From the human T2T-CHM13v2.0 reference genome, Homo sapiens: a DNA stretch of 64,000 nucleotides. The notes below the pieces were generated by a model, which did not search any database, had not been told where the DNA came from, and saw nothing but the letters and a program-made list of their open reading frames with translations. Position numbers and translations under genes: made by a program. The stretch lies in NCBI RefSeq assembly GCF_009914755.1, contig NC_060946.1. One strand, written 5' to 3'. Positions within the stretch are counted from its first letter, which is position 1. Each line of letters opens with the position of its first letter. Below are positions 1 to 12,653 of this stretch, in pieces.

Positions 1-885
1 CACAGGGACCACCAAGAAGGCCCAGGGTTTTCTGCTCAGTGCCTTCCCTCTCATACACCTTAGAGCACCCACTGAACAAAGATAACTACCAGTATATTCT
101 AGCTGAGCCTGATCCCCACGCCCTTGGTCCTCAGAAGCTTGAACTTGACTGCTGGGCAAAATTCCTTATTCCTGGAGACCTCTACAGAGGCTGCTTGTAT
201 GAACAGGTTTTGTTAGCCTGACATAATTGAGCTCCCCAGTTAAAAGTCTCCAATGACCTGCTGGCTGACTGTGGTTGAACAGAAGGTCTACTCTATGGTA
301 CGGGATTCTCATGGGTTACCTTGATATCACCATGGATGAGATGCCACCAGACACTGCTGCCAGACTGGGTTGGTCCCAGTCTTTAGATAACTGTCAAGCT
401 TCCTTAGTTTATGATAAGTTTAACTATTCTTGGGAGAATTAAAGGGAATGAAGTTCCACCAGTCCACTGGCAAACACTACTCTTCTAGCTATAGACAAGG
501 AGACATCCTGGGATTTTATATGAATCTTCCTGAAGAAACAAAGACAGTCAAGTCATTGCCTGATACTTACAAAGATAAGGCCTTGATAAAGTTTAAGAAT
601 TATTTGTGTTTTGAGGAAAAAGACTTTGTGACTGAAGCAGAGAAGAGCCTAAAAGAGACTTCCCACAGTGAGATAAGATTTTATAAAAATGGTGTTAGTC
701 AAGGCATGGCTTACAAAGATATTTTCAAGGGGCTTTACTTTCCAGCAATCTTACCAGAAAACAACTGCATAATTTCCATGAACATTGGACTGTGCTTCAA
801 GTATCCTCCAAAGGATCTCACTTACTGCCCTATGAGTGACATGGGCTGGGATGCTCTGGTAGAGCACACTCTGGCTGGTGTCTTG
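1..885 (+). pseudogene. ASH2LP2: ASH2L processed pseudogene fragment (SPRY/SDI region), runs off window 5' end, 3'-truncated
   Basis: Intronless translations match ASH2L: [74 protein letters not shown]. Stops and frameshifts present. The pseudogene number is recalled from locus order and is uncertain. Confidence 0.88.
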
Positions 886-1026
886 GTGCTAGAAATGGAT
901 TCAATCACTGGACAAGAAAGTCCTTCAGGGGCAAACATAAGGACACTGAGGGTCATCTTATTCTACCTGCCTTCTCTCCTTACTTGTATCCTAGGCCAGC
1001 CTATGCTAGCGCAACTGTCCACAGAT

Positions 1027-1089
1027 CTCTCTCTCTCTTTCTGTCTCTCTCTCGTGTGTGTGTATGTGTGTGTGTGTGTGCATGTGTGT
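1027..1089 (+). repeat. (CT)n(GT)n compound microsatellite
   Basis: Read directly: ctctctctctct...gtgtgtgtatgtgtgtgtgtgtg. Confidence 0.9.
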
Positions 1090-1885
1090 ATCAAATGATC
1101 AAACATCTTCATTCAAAAGTCCAAGCCCTGCAGCATCATGAGACAGTGCTACCACACATGAAGAAAATGTTCAAAGGGCACCAAATAGAGATCGCATGAT
1201 CCAAAGTTATTTCTGATCCCAGAAAAGAATGGCACACAATCAATATGAATAGTATTAGATATCAAAATTATAGTACAATCTCATTTGTTTTTACCATAGA
1301 TTCAAACTCTCTTTAGCATATTGGAAAGCAGAATCCATGTTCTACTGATGCAATTCCCCTTGACCATCATGAAAGAATTGGACTGAAAGCAGGACATTTC
1401 TGAAGTCTCTGGAGGATACGTAACATGACTGTTGGAGGGAATGCACATAGGAAGAGGTAGTGAATTATGTGTCAAGTGCCCCAACAAAAGGCTGTCAGTG
1501 TTTGTCTCTGACACATTGTTGGGGAGAAAGGTGGAGTCACAGGACACACTGCCATGGGACCCACGAGACTTGATCCTACATCCCACAGCGGGCAGCCTGC
1601 ATCAACGTGGTCATGCAGGGATAGAAACACAGCCACAGAAAGCTTTCACCTGCCCAAGCAGCATCTCCCAAGAGCCAGCATGGGTGCTGTCTCTGCTCTG
1701 CTTCTTCCTGGACTGTGTCTCAGAGCCCTGAGTTCTCCCTCACCCAGTTTCCCAATCCCCCTCTTCTCCACTGGTTACCAGGGGTTAGGGGAGTGGGGAG
1801 GGGAAATAAACGTTTAAAGGGTACAAACTTTTCACTTGGGATGATGAGAAAGTTATGGAAATTCATAATGGTGATGACTGTATCA

Positions 1886-2043
1886 CTTTTTTTTCAGAGG
1901 TGGTAACTTGCTCTGTTGCCCAGGCTGGAGTGCAGTGGTACAATGATAGCTCACTGCATCCTTGAACTCTTGGGTCTAGGCAAGCCTCCTGCCTCAGACT
2001 CCTGAGTAGCTGGGACTACAGGTGCAAGCCACCATGCCAGGCA
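1886..2043 (-). mobile_element. Old Alu monomer (FRAM/AluJ-like) within an old L1M 3' fragment (~1790-2150)
   Basis: T-run followed by ttgctctgttgcccaggctggagtgcagtgg...gtagctgggactacagg. Confidence 0.75.
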
Positions 2044-2269
2044 ATTCTATCACATTGTGAATATACTTAACACCACTGAATTTTACAGTTAAAAGTGATT
2101 TAAATGGCAAATTTTATGTTGTGTGTATTCTATGACAATTAAAAATACACTTGTTCAAATGTCAAAATATATATGATGTTATATTCATAAAATTTTCCTT
2201 TTCACACTTATATATTTATCCTATTCTAACTCATTCTCATCAATTAAAAAAGTACTGTAATTACTGGTC

Positions 2270-2463
2270 ATTATGTACTAAATTTTCCATAATTCACATT
2301 GAAGCCTTAACCCCCAATATTACTGTATTTGGAGACAGAGCATTACAGAGGGTAATTAAGATGAAATGAGATCATAAGAACCGGCATCCTTATAAGAGGA
2401 GATTAGAAAATGGACAACATAAAATGAGATGAGGACAGAGTGAGAAGGTGGTCATCTACAAGT
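2270..2463 (+). mobile_element. MaLR (MLT1/MST-like) LTR fragment
   Basis: ttgaagccttaacccccaat...gtatttggagacagag...ccttataagagga...gagaaggtggtcatctacaag resembles MaLR LTRs (recall). Confidence 0.5.
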
Positions 2464-2731
2464 GTGGACACATCTTCAGTTTGTGTGGAGTAACAGTTGA
2501 AGGGCTCGCCCATCCTATAATGAAAGTTGGAACAGGTGCCTTGGGCGGGCTCCAGGATTAACTGATCTAGTCACTGCATCCCACTGTGGGACCCCAGAGG
2601 GAAAGAAGCACTGTGGAGATTCCTGAGACATTAGAAATGGAGCCTGAGAAATTTCCAGGACACCCACATGGGCTCCAGGTGAAGCAGGGGCCCAGAAGGC
2701 CTTGTCTGAGCCCTGAGTGTGATGCAGCACC

Positions 2732-2750
2732 TGGCCACTAGGGGGAGGCA
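2732..2750 (+). promoter_or_regulatory. CTCF-like motif upstream of IGLV9-49
   Basis: TGGCCACTAGGGGGAGGCA with an upstream TGCAG; close to consensus TGGCCACCAGGGGGCGCTA. Confidence 0.6.
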
Positions 2751-2789
2751 AACTCTGTGAATCCTAAGGGACCTGAGCTCTTGCTCTGA

Positions 2790-3451
<662 letters not shown>

Positions 3452-3489
3452 CACAGTGACACAGGCAGAGGGGAAGTGAGACAAAAACC
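3452..3489 (+). other. V-RSS of IGLV9-49 (22-nt spacer)
   Basis: CACAGTG + acacaggcagaggggaagtgag + ACAAAAACC. Confidence 0.92.
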
Positions 3490-4568
3490 TCCCGGCTGAT
3501 CTGCTCTGTCCACACTTCCTTCCCACTGGCCTGACTCACATTTCAGAGGGCTGTCTCTTAACTCTGTATTTAAAGTTTTCACCTTCCCAGACATTTTGGA
3601 GTTCTAATTCACAGCATATGTTCCCTGTGTGTAAATATTTTCTCAAGAGCTTTTGAAACATTGAAGTTTGCACACCAACATTTGTGGTTTTTGCCACTCA
3701 CCTGTCCCCTGATGGGATTGAAGTTTCCAGGTTGTGGAACTGCTCACAGGTGCATTTATCAGGAAATCACCGTCACCAGCTCCCACGACCTTTGTCCATA
3801 TTCAACATTTGTGAGCTGCCTATTCAATGATGGGAACTGACAATTTCCCTGGAGACACAAGGCCTTCACCCTGACTCACAGTGTCACATAATCGACGTGG
3901 ACTTCAGCCATCTCCAATCACCTCCATGTGCACAGAGCTCTCATGGTACATGTGCTTGGCTGCCCTAGAAAGAGAGAATGGACACACACCAAAGATAGTA
4001 GAATGTGAGCCTGCTCTATATCTGAGATTCTGAAAGAGGCCCCCACTGCCTTCACAGAATGAATTCCTTCACATGCAGGGAGAGAGCTCTGGTGGAATCA
4101 CTCTGCAATGCTTTCTGATGACAAATACCTGGATTGAGGTCAAATTTCACAGGTTAATAACCCTTTTCAAGACTACCTCCACTACAGACTCCAGTTCCCA
4201 GGCATTAAGCCTGAGGACCCTTGTAGACAACCAACATGGGGCTGTGACCAGCAGGAGCAATGGGTAACTGTCCCAGGCCCTGCCTTGGGGCTGCTCACAG
4301 CCGGGTGAGCCCCACTGGCCACAGGCTGGCAGAGGCTGAGCTGCTCCCTGTGCTCGCTGATGAAACTCAGCAGCCTAGTGCTCTCAGGGTCCAGCAAAGC
4401 CTCTTGGGCAGGGTCCTGTGCCTGTTCCCAACAGCCGCTCCTTCGAGGACCCTCCTGGGCCCACACTCGAGCAGCTCCTTCCTCAACCTCCTCTGTCCTC
4501 ACATCCCCTTTTGGGTTCCTGAATCAGTGATCAGGTAGGGTCTCATTTAGCCAGAAGGGAGGGAGTAG

Positions 4569-4676
4569 ATTTGCATGAACAGCTTCTTCTTTTCCCTGAG
4601 GGCAGAAGGAAAAATAGTCAAGCCTGGGGAAGCCCAGCCCAACTGTGAGGTCCAGAGGCTGTGTCCACCATGGCTT
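4569..4676 (+). pseudogene. Orphan V-lambda promoter/5'UTR/start-codon relic
   Basis: ATTTGCAT at 4569; gcctggggaagcccagccc...ggctgtgtccaccATGGCT (ATG 4670) resembles IGLV5 5' regions; no recognisable V exon follows. Confidence 0.65.
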
Positions 4677-6597
4677 GTTGCCTGAACTCCTCTGGTACCC
4701 AATCCTTGGTCTATGTTTATAGACTCAATGAAAATACCTCCCTTTCTACTGGCCTCTTAATGCTAACAGAATCATTTTGTCCCCTAAGCACAAATAGCCT
4801 TTCGGGTTGCTGGGTGGGATGACAACTAGAGCAGAAGTCTAGCATGTGCAACCCCATTCCTGGCCCATACATGTCCCTGCTCTTGGCCCAGTCTTTGCTG
4901 GTTACTCCCTGAACTCTGAAACTTCAGGGAAGTTGAGTTTCTCTTTCTCTTGAGATTGTACTCTTGAGGAGCTCCTGAATTTCCAGGTATAGGGTGACCC
5001 CTCCTCATTAAGGACATGGCTCTCAGACTTATCCCTGGTTTACTTCCCCAGGTTTAGGTCTGTGAGTTCTAAACAGTTTCCCTATGTTTCTTTGGTTGAT
5101 ATTTTGGTTGATATTTCCCTTTGTTTCTTTAGGTTGATATTACATTGGGTAATTACATTGGTTGATTACATTGGGTAAATATATTCTTGTAGATATACAC
5201 ATTATAAACTCTTCCCCCATTAAGCTCTTAATAAATAAACTTGTTTGGGTGCCAATGTACCAATGTAGGTAAGAAGTCTTGACGCTTTTTTTTTTTTCTT
5301 CTGCAGGAGCAGAGGAGAACCTGAAAAAAAAAAGAGAGAGAGACAAGTTCAGCTTATAATACTGTTATTTTCATATAAACTCTCCTACTTTAAAAAGTAC
5401 AAAACTAGACCTATACTGAAAATATTTTTAAATATATCAGAGTATCTGCATCTGTCACTGTGGAGATGGTTGCTTGCTCTACCACAGAGCACAATAATAC
5501 TGAGCCTCATCTTCAGCCTAGGCCCCTGTGATGGTGAGGGCAGTCTTGTCTTCAAGCACAGAGTGTGAGAATCAAGTGGGGACCCCATGCAGAGATGGGG
5601 ACGTCAGACACACACACCCTGGCTCAGCCTCACCTCATGCTCCTAACATCTCCATCTTCTTCACACAGAGGCTGCTGCTGCTTCTGGCTAACACGGGCTC
5701 CTGACGCTGGTTCTCCAGGGCCCAAGAGAAAGTGGTCACATATATTCTTCTAAGCTGCAAAATTTGTATTTTTAACCCAACATGTTATTATAACAATGTG
5801 TTCATAAAGCACAATACTAAGATCTATCATCAATTGCACAGTTATGAGTTATTTATAGGAGTGGCAAAATAAAAAGTTACGCACACACACACGCAGATTC
5901 GGGCAGGCCAGAATTTAATTACAGGAGCAAAGTTTGATATTAGTGACACAACATAACAATGATCCTATGTATAATGATAAACATAGCAATGGACCATATG
6001 AAGCTTTGAAGAAACATAGTGGAAACACAGAAAAAATCTCCCTCTCACCAAATTTTAGAAAATTCTAAAAAAAATTAAAAATTTTTAAAACCCCTCAAAA
6101 CTGAGTTAATTTATAAAATATGATACAAAACATAAAGTTTACATAACTTTAACACTCTTCATACTCAGTAAATGCAGGTTCTTTCTCCACAATTTAATCC
6201 AGTGTACCAAAACCGAGCCTTCCTGTTTGCTGGAGGAAAACCTCAGCACCACAACAGTAGAAAAGCACCAACCTCTCTGCCCACAGTGCATCTTCCCTCC
6301 AGAGACTCCGCAGGACTCTGCATGGTCTCCTGAGGGCCCTGAAGTGGAGGTTCTGTGATGAGAAGGGGGCATGGATGGCACAGGGCAAGAATGTCTGCAG
6401 GGTAAGAGTGTTAGAAGGACAAGCTTCATTCCTCTCTGAAACAAGCCTATCTTACATGATTTATCTTTATTCTTCTCTACAAAAAAAAAAAAGTCACAAA
6501 GATAGCTGCAAAGAAATATGTGAAATTATACAAGGCTAAGATAACAAAGAATATTGGAAGAAAAAGTAATTATGACATCTTCTATCGAAACATTTTA

Positions 6598-6690
6598 GGC
6601 CAAGCGTGGTGGCTCATGCCTGTAATCCCAGCATGTTGAGAGGCCAAAGCAAGAGAATCACTTGAGGTCAAGAGTTCAAGACAAGCCTGA
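6598..6690 (+). mobile_element. Alu left-monomer fragment (FLAM-like)
   Basis: ggccaagcgtggtggctcatgcctgtaatcccagca...gagttcaagacaagcctg. Confidence 0.8.
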
Positions 6691-7051
6691 GATCCCATTT
6701 TTATTTTTTAAAAGCAGCATTAAAAAAAAAAGGTTCATCATAGTCTCCTCTTCCCACAGTTAATAATGAGAATGGAGAAAGTTCAAAAAGTGAAAATTTA
6801 AGCAACTCTTATGTACCCATAACAATTTTTTAAATTTTGAAAAAGAAATGAAACCCGTAGCACAACTGACCACCAGCACACAGGTGCCTCTTCTTCAGCT
6901 GCCCCTCCTGAAGTGACAACCAAACCCAGGGGCTCAGCACAATGAGCTCTCCCTCTGGCCATACATTCCCTGTGAGGCCCCATCTACTCTCATCCCAACA
7001 CAATTGCTCCCCAGGCATCTGGGGACTGCTGCTGAGATTCTCCACTCATGG

Positions 7052-7126
7052 GGTCCTGGGCACAGCGGTGTTATCCCAGTCCCCCTCTTCCTCTGTGTCC
7101 TGGGAGCTGGAATCAGAGTCAGCCTG
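7052..7126 (+). pseudogene. V-lambda leader-part2/FR1 relic
   Basis: GSWAQ then, in a shifted frame, AVLSQSPSSSVS; resembles [15 protein letters not shown]. Confidence 0.5.
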
Positions 7127-7552
7127 ATCTGACCCAAAGCCTACAATTAAGAGCCCTGAGTGGCCTCTCCTGCTTTCCCCCCACATTGGACTCTTCCTTT
7201 CAGTGTCCTTCCTGGGGTACTGTGTCACTACTCAATAATATCTTATGTCCTCAGTGCTAGGCGTTTTTCACATAATATACTCTTGTTAGTTTCTCCTCAC
7301 CTTTCCAAGCTCAGTTATCAACTCTAGGCTGATGATCCTAACTATTCATTTACAGCACATTGTCATATAAAGGCCAGCGATATCTAGAAAAAAAAGTGCC
7401 AATAAATGTGTGTACTGCATCTTACGAATCACTACAAGGATACCACAAACAATATCCCTGTATTTAAATAGAGTTCACTCTTCAGACACAAGAGTTTAAG
7501 TGGAGTTCAATATAATAGTTTATATAGATAATAGTTAATATAACAGTTTAAC

Positions 7553-7886
7553 CAGTCTGTCTGTGGCTAAACCAGTCACCATCTCCTGCACTGGAAGCAG
7601 CAACAATAAGGGTCTTGGGCTTGTGTCCTGGTACCAACAATGACCAGGAAGTGCCACCAAACCTCTGATACATATGTACGGATCCATATATTTATATCCA
7701 TATCCTGCGGCGAATATCCACCTGCAGGGATCCAGGACTGAATCTCAGGCTACCGGTCTGGCAAGGAGGCATTGCTGAGCATCTCTGGGCTACAGGCTTA
7801 GGACAAGGCTGATCTCTGCTGTTGGCTTTAGGCAGCTCCATCGAGGTCCCCACAGTGCTGCAGTCTGGGGAACTGAGACAAAGGCA
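7553..7886 (+). pseudogene. 5'-truncated clan-I V-lambda pseudogene, paralog of IGLV(I)-42
   Basis: gtcaccatctcctgcactggaagcagc (VTISCTGSS), tcctggtaccaacaatga (SWYQQ*), CACAGTG at 7851 with a 20-nt spacer and degenerate nonamer. Confidence 0.85.
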
Positions 7887-10800
7887 CACCAGGTTTCCAA
7901 TGAGTATGAGCTACCTGCAGCACCACCCACTGTCAGGACAACTGGGCTCTTTACCGTTTGTGTGTATGTTTCCTGGTGCTGCCACTAACCAGTGCCCAGG
8001 ACTCAAGTCAGGGACAGTGATCTAGAGAATGCAGCTTTGTTCTTTCAGAGCCAGCCCACAGAGGGAGCCCTTAGCAATGGCACATTGTCAGACTGCTTCA
8101 AAAGAATCAGAAAGCCTTTGATTCCAGGAACAGGCTGCTCTGGGGACAGACCCGAGATGGGTCAGGGGAGGCAGGGACAGATTCCAGGTGGCTCTCTCTC
8201 AGGCACATGCACTAATGCAGAGGTCTAATCATCCCTATTGTCTACTGAACAACTACTATGTGCCAGGCTATGGGGAGGGCTCAGGATACAGAGTTACCAA
8301 GACAGACAAGGTTCCTGTCTTCATAGGGCTGACACCAAACTAAAGAGAGACAGTCAAGAAGTCAATGGGAATAAGGCATATTGTGGTGTATCAAAGAGGT
8401 GACACTGGCCAGAAGGGGGAGAATGATAGAACGCCTTTAGTGGGTCGTAAGCAAGGAAGACACAGCCTTTTGTTTGAGATTTAGGAGGAAAGTCCAGCTT
8501 CTTCAAGGAAGACAAAAAATGAGGGGATAGTGCGAAGGCAAAAGGTCCAGTTAGAAAGCAGTGGCATTGTGCACATGAGAGATGAGGTATCTAGCATCTG
8601 ATGTAGCAGCTGAGCTGGGAGGAATGTGCATGACCCACACCATGGTGAGAAGGACTAGAGGAAAGAGGTCACTAGGTTGAGGCCCTGACCTTGTCCTTGT
8701 GATGGAAACCTGACAACAGCCTGCAGCTGCGATCAAGCATGTCACTCTCCTCTTCTCTCTGGAAAGCTCATAGGACTCAGGACTCATTGCTGCCCTTCCC
8801 TCTTATTCAGTGAGATTTATTTGAACCATCACTTTTCACACCTGGACAGAGACCTGCTTACTTTCTCTTGAGCAAAAGCACTAAGGGTCGGGACAGAGCA
8901 CTGTAGAGCACATGGGATGATGCCCTACACACTCAAGGGGCTGCTGTTACTGCTGTTAAAGCTCACGATCAAACCTCCCAGAGCTCTGTCAGAAACCATG
9001 AGACGGGAGGTGTCAGTGCTGAAGTAGCTGATTTGGGGGCACACTGATTTGCAGTCTGTGCAGTCCTGATTTGGAGGTGTGGGACAGTGAGGGCTGAAGC
9101 CCAGCATCGGCAAGAGGTTCCTGAGGTGTCTTTATGTGCCAGGGTCCTTGTGACCACCTCAGTGATGTGTGGGGGTAAAGGTCAATTGAAAAGCTGGAGA
9201 GCAGTGGACAGGCAGGATTCTGTGTCTGGGTGAGGGACGGGATGTTCAGCTCCTGCCCAGGCATCCTTATTTACATTTCTGTTTACCTCTCTTCTTCCTT
9301 GTCTCCTTCCCAGGGCAGGGTTCCAGGGCTGTTGTATCTCCGCTGCTCTTTCTCCATCACAAAGAGAGCAAGAGAGACAGGTTATGTGATGACTAATTCC
9401 CTCTTCACACTCAGTTGTCTGATTGTCCTTAGGAATTCTTCCTGAGGATGGGAATGTGCTGTTTTATTTCTCCCTTACAGTGAGATCCTAGCCATTTGTG
9501 AGGCCAAGGAGATTGACCCCATCCTGTCGATGAAGGATTATTTATAACACACATGGTCAAAAAGAACATCATCAACTTCTGCACAAGTCAGTCCATTCGT
9601 CAGGGTTATAGAAGTGCACGTCTCTCAGCTGTCAGCAATGGGCTTCAAATCCCCAGGATGACTAACTTGTCAGGATGGGATCATCCACATTAAGATGTTT
9701 CTTTACAGTTAGTGACTCTATTCACTGTGTTTCCCCTGCTGAGATCCAACCTCTATGAGATTGTTTATTGGCTGTTTTCTGTCTTGTCATTGCTGAAAAC
9801 ACTTCCTGGCACTAAGGACAGACTCAATACATGTTTATTAAATATGTGAGTTCACCTACATTGGAATCCCAGGAAGAGGTACAAACCTGAGGTCAAGATA
9901 ATAATTTTTTTAAAAATTCTGAATATTTTGTGTTTGAGATTCCAAGTTCATTCAATGGAAGATACTAAGTAATGACTTTTGCCTTTGGATTTGGTTAGCA
10001 GGAGAAGGATATGGATATAAAAATGCAAATATATATATCACACATACCTCCCCATGGCCCAGAGACCTGAAAGCCCAGCTGGTCTCTGCAGCTGCCAATT
10101 GCAGCCTCTGTTCACTCATTTATGGTCTGATTGTCATGGATCCATATATACTGGATCCCATGGGTTCATGTGGAGAAAGTGGAGAGGATGCGATGGGCTT
10201 TCCCAGTCCTGATAAAAGAAACCACAGGAAGCGAATAGATCATAAAGCAAATTCTGGGGACAGAAAACCCTCGAGAGCAAATAAACTGCTAATATGGGTG
10301 AGTTGGGAAAATGTCTGGCAATATTTATATAACTAAGAAACTTTACATTAGATATCCTTCCTTCACAATATTCATTACGGAGCTTTAAATCATCCATATG
10401 ATCAATGCAATTCAAACATTAAACTCATCAACCCCAAGTCCCATAGCAGACTTTGATGAGGAAATTCTTGAAGGAAGAAGGATGGGTTTGTGAGCTCTGT
10501 GTCCACAGAAGAGATATTTCTCCACTAGGAGAACTGGGTAAAGCCAATAAATAATTAGGAATGTAGATGCCCAACTGGACTATATTCTAATCCAATATGC
10601 AATGCTGTGAGTCCTGCATCTGCAAATTGTTAACATTCATTGTGCTTCCTTCAGTTTCCCAATTACTACAATAAATTAACTTTAGACATGGATGATTACA
10701 GAACAGATCAATTAATGTGAGAGTCCTTGGAATGTGTTGCTTTAATCCACAAAAATTACGGAACACTTCAAATGTATATATTTGTTAATTTATGTACCAA

Positions 10801-12560
10801 TTGTATTTTACTGCTTCGTTGATCTGTTGTAAAAATCACCCAGTGAGGGAGTAAGCTGATGGGTAAAATGGGTTGAAAAATTAAACAAGATGAACCACAT
10901 TGATGATGGTCAAATTTGGCTGATGGGTGCAAACAATTCATTAGAAAAGTATCTGTATATTTGTATGGTTCAAAAGTTTCCATGCTATCCAGTGTTTAAA
11001 ATATCCTTGTTTGTAACTGTTCTGCTTTTAACCGGTGTACAATGTGGACAAAATGTAAGCTTACACTCTGACTTTGAGTAGAAGCCCATCTTCTCCCAAC
11101 AGGCAGAGGAGAAGCTGGTGTGGAGAACATGGAAAACACAGGAGCTCAGGGTTTCCCAGGACAGAGAAGCGAGTGAGCCTGGAGCCCTAAAAGCAAGGGT
11201 GGGGCTGTGAGTTGGGCTGTGGGTGTGTGCAGGGGCCACAGTGTGAAGGGCATGCTTCAGAGGCCACAGGATTTGGATTTTATAATAAGAATGATGAGTT
11301 ACTGAAGGGGTTTAAGCCAGGTAGTACCTTCCCTGCCTCATCTATATGAGAGGGATCTGTATCCAAATGCCTGGAGGAGAGCGTGCCTGAGAAAAGTGAG
11401 TGATCCTGATTCTAGATTATTCACTAAAGCACCTCGTGAGTCTAGAAACCCAAGGGCCATTTGCACAGTTAGCACAAGAGTAGACGTGGCAACATTGAGA
11501 AGTGATGGTCTCTGCCTTTGTCTCCTCTGGCATTCAATACTTGCAAAAACACTTTGCAGGTAAAATAAATACTGATATTTCAAATAACCTGAAAGCATCC
11601 AGTAAAAAAATAAAGGTGGCAATATCAAGATACAAACAAATTGTATAACATTTAGGACAAATCGTTTACCAAAAAATATGACACGACTGTGAAGAAAGTG
11701 ACGTTTTACTTAGGGAGATAATGGCTAACCTCTTAAAACAGAGATATATGTCACACTGTGACAGGAAAGTCTACAAAATCTCTTAATGTTCCTACATCAC
11801 AAAATTGAGTCAAATCTCTATAAAACATATGAAACCATTAGATGTATAACTTTTGCTAAATTGCTGTCTTTAACATGTATTGGATCATTTATTTTTCCTG
11901 GAAAATTCTCATTCTTCACTGTCCTTTTGAACAACCCCAGCTGCCCTTCAACCCAGCTCCTCAGCTGACCCATTTTTCATGATGCCCACCCTGATGGCAC
12001 ATGTGGGCAACTCGATTTTTCTAGAATGCCATGCAGGGGTGCTGACAACTTTAAAAGTTATATAGTACATGGCTGCACATCCCACAGACCAAGACTACTT
12101 CTGGGAGTGAGAAATCACAGTAATAATGCATAGCATGATAGAAGCAGTGTCTGGGAATCAGACCATGGATATGTGAATACAGACAGTGACTGGAGAGCTG
12201 CAGAGACCAGCTGGGTTCTGAAGTCTCTGAGCTTTGGGAAAGTGTGTTTCCTGGGACCAGCGTCGGATGTTGTGGGGCTGCCCTGTGGTTCTGACACAGC
12301 TGCTCAGTAAGGAGCATTCACTCCAAGAAATCCAGGCCTTGAGGCTGGGCCCTGTGCTCACTGATGGAGACTTGGCAGCTGTGTCCCCTCTGGCCTGGCA
12401 GAGTTCCCTGAGCAGGGACCTGTGTATGGTCTCAACAGGTGCTTCCTCCCAGGGCCTTGCAAAAAGAAAAGCAAACCTTCCTCCTGCTCAGTCTGCAGAG
12501 AGAGCAGAGCTGCATCCCCAGGTCTCAAGGAGGGGCCCGGCAATCCCTGGGTGGAAACAC

Positions 12561-12568
12561 ATTTGCAT
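12561..12568 (+). promoter_or_regulatory. Ig octamer, IGLV5-48 promoter
   Basis: ATTTGCAT 93 nt upstream of the ATG. Confidence 0.9.
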
Positions 12569-12653
12569 GAGCAGCCCCTCCTCTGCAAGGGTGGGAAGAA
12601 AAGGAGGCCTGGGGCAGCCCAGTCCCACTGTGGGGTAAGCGGCTGTGTCCACC

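Noticed and set aside
430-1098. 222-aa ORF with an ASH2L-like SPRY segment
   Set aside because: Non-ATG start, disrupted upstream frame, and it runs into unrelated DNA and a microsatellite; a pseudogene remnant.
8925-9113. Minus-strand ORF shared with 58563-58898 (QISYFSTDTSRLMVSDRALGG...), faintly V-like
   Set aside because: The shared peptide follows from the near-identical DNA tract; there is no Trp/Cys framework and the middle copy is not intact.
9040-9400. Possible further V relic (ATTTGCAG, pyrimidine tract, cagggctgttgtatct; paralogs ~32.1 and ~58.95 kb)
   Set aside because: Similarity is too weak to support by eye; it needs an HMM search, and I could not assign a vestigial gene name.
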